Shown here piece by piece: positions 21,389-29,993 of a DNA stretch of 32,281 bases. The DNA is from Salpingoeca rosetta (taxonomy: Eukaryota > Protista > Choanoflagellata). The stretch lies in assembly GCA_033442325.1 (NCBI GenBank), contig JAWQFM010000004.1, positions 969,494 to 1,001,774 on the forward strand. Direction: 5' to 3'. Positions within the stretch are counted from its first letter, which is position 1; every line of letters starts with the position of its first letter. The notes beneath the pieces were generated by a model that was given only the letters and a program-made list of their open reading frames with translations, did no database searches and was not told where the DNA came from. The position numbers and the translations under genes are program-made.

Positions 21389-22276
21389 TCAGCATAGGGC
21401 GAGGCGGCTGGCCAGCTCATTGAAGCGCTGGCGGACGCGCTTGTCGTACAGGCCCGTCGCCCTCTTCCTCCTCCTCCTCTGCTGCTCCTGCTGCTGCTGT
21501 CGTTGCTGCTGTTGTTGATCGGTCTCGGCACTGCGGTTGAAGTCGTGTTGGCCGACATCACCGTTGTCCGCCATGGCGATGCGCTGCAGCCAATAGCGCC
21601 AGATCCGCCGCGACATGCGCGGTGCGTGCGTGTCGGGGTGACAGCCTTGCTGCTGCTGAAACACGAGCACGTTCACGTACAGCCGGCCGTCTTGGCTGCT
21701 GCGCGCGCACACGGTTGCGTCTGCGCGCATCGTGGGCATGTAGTAGAACACAAACTCGTCCATGCTCAGAAACGTGAGCACGCGCGTGACCAGCGTGGAC
21801 ACGACCACATACAACGCACGCGTGTGTTGCGCCACAGCCGCTGTTGTCTCTGCACTGCTGTCCCCAACACGACACTCAGCCGGGACATGCAAGTCCACGG
21901 TCACATCCTGCGCCGAGCTGGTCATGTCACTCTTGCAGCCTGAAAGGGGCAAGCACGTGCCATTACGTGTGCGTGTGTTCAGTTGTGAGTGCATGTGTGT
22001 TTGCATGTGTATTTGCACGTGCCATTACGTGTGCGTGTGCGTTGAGGTTCAGGTGTGACATGCAAATGCTGACAAACATGGAAGAAGAAGAAAGCATGCC
22101 AGGTGCCCCCCCCACACACACCTGCGATTGGGATGGGCGCGAGTCCCTGGCTAATCTGGTTTGCGATGGTGACGGCAATGTCTGGAAGCTGCAGCTGCAC
22201 GCGGGGCGTCTCGACGCTCGCGACAAAGTGGTCCATCTCCTTCACCCGCTCCCCGCCCATCTGGCACATTGTGGTG

Positions 22277-22332
<56 letters not shown>

Positions 22333-22981
22333 GTTGATTGAACATGAGACGATGCGCTAGATTCCACGGCACCACGGGACAGAGAAGCAGAAGAAGAAGA
22401 AGAAGAAGAAGAAGAAGAAGACAGGTAAACAGGAGCCAAGCATGCCAACCCGTTGTCCAAGTACTTTGTGTGTGTTGCGGAGTTTGGCGCCGACAGCCGC
22501 GGTTTCAAACATGACCGACGCGGTCACGTGCTCTGCGAGCTGCACACCACATGTCGAAGTGAGTGAGAGAGCGAGTGTGTGTGTATGTAGGATGGGATGG
22601 TTTTGCCAGGACTGCGTGCGTGAAGGAACACCATCCTTCAAGGCCGTCAACCAATGGATGAGCATTGCGTACGTGTGACACGACCACACGCAAGCCAGCA
22701 AGCTAGCGTGTCACGTCAACCACCACAAGACGCACCTTTGTTGGTTGTTTGCCTGCAGGCAATGGGACGTCGATGGTTCTGTCCTGGTCAATAAAGCACT
22801 CCTTCTCCAGCCCATCGAGAGAGTAGCCGCGATCTCTGCTGTTGGGATTCACGCGCGTCAGCTCCCGCGACGTGTGCTGCGGAGACGACACGTGTTCATG
22901 TGAGAAGGGGTGCGACATCAATTGGTGCGTTTGTAGTTGGAGCTCAAACTTGCTGAGAAGGACTTGTCAACGGCGCAAGCG

Positions 22982-23052
<71 letters not shown>

Positions 23053-23065
23053 AAACACAAACACA

Positions 23066-23116
<51 letters not shown>

Positions 23117-23277
23117 CGTCTCGTGTACTGGGTTCCGGCGCCTAGCCATCGTGGGATCGCGGACCGATATGAGCGGCTCTGACGGACGGTAACCCCCAAT
23201 CACTTGAGAACACAATCCCCGTTTTAACGTCCAGGCCTAAGATCACACACACACACACACACACTAACACAACACAC

Positions 23278-23323
<46 letters not shown>

Positions 23324-23534
23324 ATCTGCCCATCCATGCTCGATCCTCTCACCTTGACGCGGTCCTTGAGCGAGACCTTCTCGTGCAGCGGCTGCTGTCG
23401 TGGACCGACGGGCCGGTTGGCCTGGCGCACGTACTCCTGCCATGCCTGTCCACGGTAGTAGATGCTGGCCGTGGTGGTGGCAGTGCAGTTGTGGTGTTGG
23501 TGGTGGTGATCAGGGTGATGTTACGGCAACAGAG

Positions 23535-23596
<62 letters not shown>

Positions 23597-23626
23597 ACAC
23601 ACACATACATACATGCATACATACAT

Positions 23627-23680
<54 letters not shown>

Positions 23681-25132
23681 GTACATACACACACGCATAC
23701 ACACACACACAGCGGCAGCAGCCATACCCCGAGTCTGGCTTGTCGGGCCTCTGCACGGCGGTGTCCTGGTGGTGGTCCTCGCGTGCACCGGCAATGCGGC
23801 CGTCAGCTCCAACGCGAACGTTCGGCAGTGGGGGAGATGACGGCTGTGTTCCATCGCTTGCACCGCCCTGAGGCGTGTGGTGCTGCTGGCCATGCTGTGG
23901 TGGCAGACCATCGTCCGTGCCTGTGCTCTGGTCGTTGTCCTCATGTGCACCACTGTCATCACCGCCACCACCGTCGCTTGGTGTGTGCACGTTGGGCGGC
24001 TTGTTCGGGTGGGCGTTTGCTTGGCGGTGGCCGTGCTTGTGTCCGTTTGCAGGTGACGCGGGTGGTGTTGGATGGGAGGTGTTGTGTGGTGCATATTTGC
24101 CGGGTGCATTGTCGTGGTGCTGTGGCGTGACGTTGATGCCGACACGAGCCGCCAGCTGCTGCAGATACGCCTGCTTCTCGTGTATGCCGCGCAGGGCCTT
24201 CTGCAGGTGCTCTGTGGGCACGAGAAATGATCCGGAGAAGTTGCGGTCGCCCACGTGCAGCGCCATGTGGTCAACACACGTCAGCTTCTGCTGGTGCTCC
24301 GGCCCAATCTCCAGGCGGCAGTAGTCGTGCAGTGTGCCGCCCTGTTGTGCTTGTGGCTGTTGGTTTGGCCGATGTGGTTGTTGTGGTTGTTGTGGTTGTT
24401 GTGGAGGTTGTTGTGGTGGTTGTTGTGGTGGTTGCGGTTGATGTGTGTGTTGTGGTGGCGGCGTCGTTGCTGGTGTTGGTACATCGTGAGATGACGCGGC
24501 GCTTGGTGTTGTCGGAGGCGTTGCCTCCTGCTTGATCCTGTGTGACTGATGTGGTTGTGGCGACTTGGATGGAGATGCAGGGATGTCTGTGGATGACTGT
24601 TCGTGGTACGACGCGGGCCGTGTAGGACGGGAAGTCGCCTCTTGGTATGGAGGTGGTGGGCCAGTGTGTGAGCTGGTGCCGCCCACCGCAGGGTGGTGTT
24701 GTTGTTGTTGTTGTTGCTGCTGAAAGCGAAGTGCAGCGCGTAGCTTGTTGCAGCGCTCTGTGTACTGGTCTCTGGCCTTGATAAAGTCCTGGCGTCTTGC
24801 TGGAACAGCGTTTGATCGAATCAGTGCCGATAGCGTCGACACCGCTTCCTCATACAGTCGCAGCGCCTCCCTTTAGAGAGGTGGGCAGATGTGCAGGCGC
24901 GTGAGGAAACGAATGCGATCGTGGTGCAGGAAGGAGGGGGGAGATTGTCAACACGGCATTGGACACGCAGAGAGATCGAGAGATCGAGAGATCGAGAGAG
25001 ACAGAGAGAGAGAGTGTGTGTGTGTGGAGGGGGGTTGAAGGCGGAAGGAGGAGGGCACAAAGGGAGGACGGAGAGAGGGAGGCAGGAAGAGACGCACTTG
25101 TTAAGTTGTTAACACACACACACACACATACA

Positions 25133-25201
<69 letters not shown>

Positions 25202-25295
25202 CACAGAGCACAGAGCAGCCGTACCTGTGTTGGCCCTGGTTGTCCAGCTGGATGGCCCGTGTGACGACGGCACGGCATTGTACGGCCCTGTCCAT
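21389..25295 (-). CDS. multi-exon protein with N-terminal MIT domain, long Pro/Gln/His low-complexity region and unassigned C-terminal domain (may be more than one gene)
   Basis: [24 protein letters not shown] / [19 protein letters not shown]...[17 protein letters not shown] fits the MIT consensus (AvqlD..g....AL.lY..av......Y..R.e.L). Downstream coding-like exons continue to ...[10 protein letters not shown] at 21389. The internal exon structure is not fully resolved. Confidence 0.6.
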
Positions 25296-25464
25296 CTTCA
25301 CTTGTTGTCGATGAGATGAGATGAGACGAGAGAGGCAGGAGAAGAAGTGGGCAGCGGGGCGTAGGAAGGACACAACCTTCTCCTCGTCCTTGTCGTCAAC
25401 TTCAAGCGGGTGGTGAATGATGACTCATCAATCCATCCCCCCAATACCAAACAAAGCAGCCGTG

Positions 25465-26013
25465 ATGAAGGTGTGCGTTGTGGTGACTGGCGCGTCACGT
25501 GGGTTTGGGCGTGCAGTGGCGGAAACGCTGTGTGAAGGCTGGCACACCGCAGGGCATGCTGTGGACGCCATCATTACAGCTCGATCCACAGCTTCCTTGA
25601 AAAGCGTACAGGAGCAACTGAAGCCACACACAACGCGTGAGTGTACGCGTGTGTTTCTGTGAGTGTGGATGTGCGTGTGTGGATGTGTCAGTGGATTTGG
25701 TGTGAGTGGATGCGGTGTGAGTGGCTCACCATGACTCTTGTCTCGCTTTCACCCTTCCATTCTGACTCTTGCGCGTGCACGCCCTCCTCACACCCTCACT
25801 CTGGCTCTCTCACTTAGGTGTGGTGGCGCTTGGTGGTGATTTGGGAAACGCACAGGATGTCAAGACTCTCACACAGCGCCTGCTCGAAGAGGTATGATGT
25901 GATGTGCACCATGGTGCGAAGTCGTGACTATTCATCTTGCACTGGTGGTCCTTCTCTTATGAACAACACAAATACACGTGTATGCATACGCATGCGCATG
26001 CAAACACAGTTAT

Positions 26014-26084
<71 letters not shown>

Positions 26085-27250
26085 CCAGACAAGTGCGAGC
26101 GACTATGACCGGTTGGTGGTGGTGAACAACGCCGGTACGCTCGGCGACATCAGCAAGCACGTGGCAGACTACGACAGCCTGGACGAGATGCACCAATTCA
26201 TGATGACCAACATCACATCCGAGTTCTTCATCACGTGAGTCACAGCAATGAGGCATCTGGAAACGTTGAATGTGCTGTGCGTGCGCGCGATTGGCTCGTC
26301 ATGCACACACAATACGCACACACATGCGCATTTGTCTTCTTGATCGCCTCTCTTCCTCTGCGCTTGTGCGCACCTTTGTTCTTTGCCCCCTTCAACACTC
26401 GCACTTCCATTTCGTTCCTTGACTCACTTCAGCACTATTCTTCCACGATGTTAACCACCATCACCATCACCACAGGTCCTCGTTCATGAAGGCGGCGAAG
26501 GCGTCCAACAAGCACGTGCGCATTGTGAACGTGTCTTCGCTGCTGGCGGTGCAGGCGCACGGTGGCTTTGCCCTCTACTGCGCATCCCGTGCAGCCCGCG
26601 ATATGTACACCGCCGTCGCCGCCAAAGAGGTGTGCTGTGTGAGTGTGTGTCTGTGTGTGAATATGTCTGTGTGTGTGTCTGCGTGCAAGTGTGCGTGTGT
26701 GTGTTTGAAGATTGTGTCCCTTCACACTCACGTGAATACGTTAATGTGTTCGTTCCGTTACCCCCCCCCCTTGCGCCCTGCCACACGGTTCAGGCTGCTG
26801 GCACGGGCACGGTGCTGCTGTCGTATGCGCCGGGACCGCTGGATACGGATATGCAGGCCGACATTCGCGAACGACTGGCGAATGACGAGCTCCGAGCCGC
26901 GTTTGCAGACATGAAGGCAAAGGTGTGCTCGCGTTTGCACTTGCATTGGTGGTGGAAGGAAAGGCGGGGTTGGTCATGATGCTGTTGTGCTTTCAGCGTA
27001 GGGTGGAGTGTTTGGCTGCCGACTTCCATCACATACACACATGCTCTTTCTCTCTCTCTCTCTCTCCTTCGTCATCCGTACGTGCCCACATGCACACAAC
27101 AACCAACCCCCCCCCCCTCCGCTCTACTGCCACCTCCACGTGAAGGGCACGCTGGTGACGCCTGCGAGCTCTGCGTCGAAGTTGTTTGAGCTGTTGGAGA
27201 GCGACGACTACGAGAGCGGCGCACACATCGACTACTACGACAAAGAGTAG
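25465..27250 (+). CDS. SPR: sepiapterin reductase-like short-chain dehydrogenase (multi-exon)
   Basis: VVVTGASRGFGRAVA, VNNAGTLGDISK, IVNVSSLLAVQAHGGFALYCASRAARDM, LSYAPGPLDTDMQ, and the SPR-typical C-terminus ESGAHIDYYD. Confidence 0.88.
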
Positions 27251-27559
27251 GCCATCATGTGTGACACGTGTGTGTGAGTGTGACGTGTGCGTTGTCATTG
27301 CAAGTGTCGCTGCATCCGCCGTCAGCCCACTCTCATCACGCCCCTCACTCCACTTCACCCCAATCTCCTCACCCAATTCCGGTCCACAGGTACCCCAAGC
27401 GGACGTGAGGCAGCGGCAACGCACCTCCCCTCAGTGCTTCTGTTGTCGTCGTGTTCCAGTCATGTCATTCGATTCACATCAGTACACTCGATTGAATACA
27501 CGCGTGCTGTTTAATTCTGAACAACGACCAATACAACGTGACAACAACCAGCGCAACGT

Positions 27560-28561
27560 TTATATGCTCAACTTTGTGGCAACCTCCCCGGCCAACTCAC
27601 GGCCCTCCGCATCTTCCTCCTTCTCCAATGCTTCACCCTCTTCGCCTTGTTCCTGGTCCTCTTCGCCCTGTTCCTGGCCCTCCTCCCCAACATCACCACC
27701 TTCAACATCCTTCTCTGCGTCACCATCCCCTGCGTCATCATCATTATCATCATCATCGGCTTCATCGGCCCGCGCCGCCTCCTCTTGGCCGAGCTGTGTA
27801 AAGGCGTTGTATGTCATGGTCTTGCGCGACTGCGCCTCCTCCTGCAGCCGCTGGATGTACCTGTTTTGCGTCTCCACCATGTCTGCCGCGTTGTCGCAGG
27901 CCGCATACAGCTCCAGCAGCTCGTTGTTGAGCGAGAAGAAGGCGTGGCCCCACTTGAACTTGCCCAGGAGCTCCTCCGCCTCCTCCTTCAAGCCCACGAT
28001 CCAGCAGCACGCCGCAAACGCCTCCACGCACGACAGCTTCAGTGGGCGGCCGTAGTTGACCGGGTTGGCCGCCACCAAGTACGGCAGCAGCCGGTTGTGG
28101 TACGCGCGCATCTTGTGGAAGGGCACCTTGTCCAGCTCTGCCCAGGAGCAGTCCACGACGGCGATGCCGTTCTCAAGCACAATGTCGCGATCGCGCGGCG
28201 ACACGCACGCCGTCGCATTTGGGCTGAGCACAATGCCGTTGAAGGCGGACCGCGTCCGCAGCTCGCGGCACAGGCGCATGCGAATCAGCTTGCGCCCAGT
28301 GCAGCGGCGCGGGTCACACTGCGCAAAGTCCCACATGGCCAGATCAAGCACGCGCGGCGTGCCATCCTCATCGGTGTGACCCCGCAGCACAATGCCGTCT
28401 GCGTGATGACCTTCCTCTCCGCCGTGCCGATCCCCATCAAGGTCGCCAGGCCGGCCGTCGTGTGCCCACGTTCGGCGTTCCCGCCGTCCACCACCACCAC
28501 CACCACGTCCACCACCACTGCGTCCACCGCCACCGCGTCCGCGGCCTCCTCGCCTGCCCAT
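27560..28561 (-). CDS. TSR3: 18S rRNA aminocarboxypropyltransferase Tsr3; intronless
   Basis: LAMWDFAQCDPRRCTGRKL, AVVDCSWA, RLLPYLVAANPVNYGRPLKLSCVEAFAA, FKWGHAFFSLN, acidic C-tail. Likely start MGRRGGRG at 28561. Confidence 0.96.
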   Translation of the reverse strand: MGRRGGRGRGGGGRSGGGRGGGGGGRRERRTWAHDGRPGDLDGDRHGGEEGHHADGIVLRGHTDEDGTPRVLDLAMWDFAQCDPRRCTGRKLIRMRLCRELRTRSAFNGIVLSPNATACVSPRDRDIVLENGIAVVDCSWAELDKVPFHKMRAYHNRLLPYLVAANPVNYGRPLKLSCVEAFAACCWIVGLKEEAEELLGKFKWGHAFFSLNNELLELYAACDNAADMVETQNRYIQRLQEEAQSRKTMTYNAFTQLGQEEAARADEADDDDNDDDAGDGDAEKDVEGGDVGEEGQEQGEEDQEQGEEGEALEKEEDAEGRELAGEVATKLSI

Positions 28562-29128
28562 CCTCGTCTTTGTGCGCGTGTGCCTGCCTCGTCTTACGGA
28601 AGTTGAATGCAAAAGAAGTGTAAGTGCTTGCGGGGATATTTTCGCTTGACATTTCAGGTTCATATCTTGTGTCATACACTCGCACTCATCACACGCACTG
28701 ACACACACACACACACTCGCACATACACACACACTCGCACATACACACACACTCGCACATACATTCACACACACAGACTCACACACACTCAAACACACAC
28801 ACACACACATTCACGCACACATACACATACAAACTCACACATCACGCCGTCAAGCCGCTCACCTTTGGGTTTTTACGAAGCTGACCGTAGTAGATCAGCA
28901 GGTACCCAACAACCTGTAAAACGGGGGAAGGGAGGGGGTGGGATCAAAGAGAAAAAAACAAGGAAGAAGGGGATAGTAGGGGTGCTTCACATGCGAGCCA
29001 CACGTGCAAGCTGGTGTGTCGTGTGTGTTGTGTGAGTGTTAGGGGAGGGGGGGGGGTATGTGAGTGGGAGTGGGGTGAGAGCGCGAGGAGGTGAGGAGAG
29101 AAAGAAAGGGAGCGCGCTCGTCTGTTCT

Positions 29129-29239
29129 CTGCTGTCGACAATCGTTGGCAACAGCAACCTCGAAAAATCGCAAGTTTGGAAGATTTGTGAAAACCTTCAA
29201 CAAAATTCGGCAAGATCTCGACGATGATGAACGCGTGCA
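29129..29239 (-). ncRNA. candidate Fanzor omega-RNA scaffold 3' part / element right end
   Basis: Non-microsatellite segment directly downstream of the nuclease ORF. It holds two imperfect hairpins (29160-29221 and 29130-29156). Confidence 0.5.
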
Positions 29240-29993
29240 NNNNNNNNNNNNNNNNNNNNNNNNNNNNNNNNNNNNNNNNNNNNNNNNNNNNNNNNNNNNN
29301 NNNNNNNNNNNNNNNNNNNNNNNNNNNNNNNNNNNNNNNNNNNNNNNNNNNNNNNNNNNNNNNNNNNNNNNNNNNNNNNNNNNNNNNNNNNNNNNNNNNN
29401 NNNNNNNNNNNNNNNNNNNNNNNNNNNNNNNNNNNNNNNNNNNNNNNNNNNNNNNNNNNNNNNNNNNNNNNNNNNNNNNNNNNNNNNNNNNNNNNNNNNN
29501 NNNNNNNNNNNNNNNNNNNNNNNNNNNNNNNNNNNNNNNNNNNNNNNNNNNNNNNNNNNNNNNNNNNNNNNNNNNNNNNNNNNNNNNNNNNNNNNNNNNN
29601 NNNNNNNNNNNNNNNNNNNNNNNNNNNNNNNNNNNNNNNNNNNNNNNNNNNNNNNNNNNNNNNNNNNNNNNNNNNNNNNNNNNNNNNNNNNNNNNNNNNN
29701 NNNNNNNNNNNNNNNNNNNNNNNNNNNNNNNNNNNNNNNNNNNNNNNNNNNNNNNNNNNNNNNNNNNNNNNNNNNNNNNNNNNNNNNNNNNNNNNNNNNN
29801 NNNNNNNNNNNNNNNNNNNNNNNNNNNNNNNNNNNNNNNNNNNNNNNNNNNNNNNNNNNNNNNNNNNNNNNNNNNNNNNNNNNNNNNNNNNNNNNNNNNN
29901 NNNNNNNNNNNNNNNNNNNNNNNNNNNNNNNNNNNNNNNNNNNNNNNNNNNNNNNNNNNNNNNNNNNNNNNNNNNNNNNNNNNNNNNNNNNNN
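29240..29993. other. assembly gap (754 N) covering the expected RuvC-II/zinc-finger/RuvC-III region
   Basis: Run of N. Confidence 1.

Noticed and set aside
27186-28606. Long plus-strand ORFs overlapping TSR3
   Set aside because: They are antisense shadows of a GC-rich coding sequence.
28944-29239. ORF-track C-terminus (HAFIIVEILPNF...) or a RuvC-III motif after the gap
   Set aside because: The frame across 754 N is arbitrary. No convincing DRDxN motif appears in any frame, and the segment is better explained as structured RNA.
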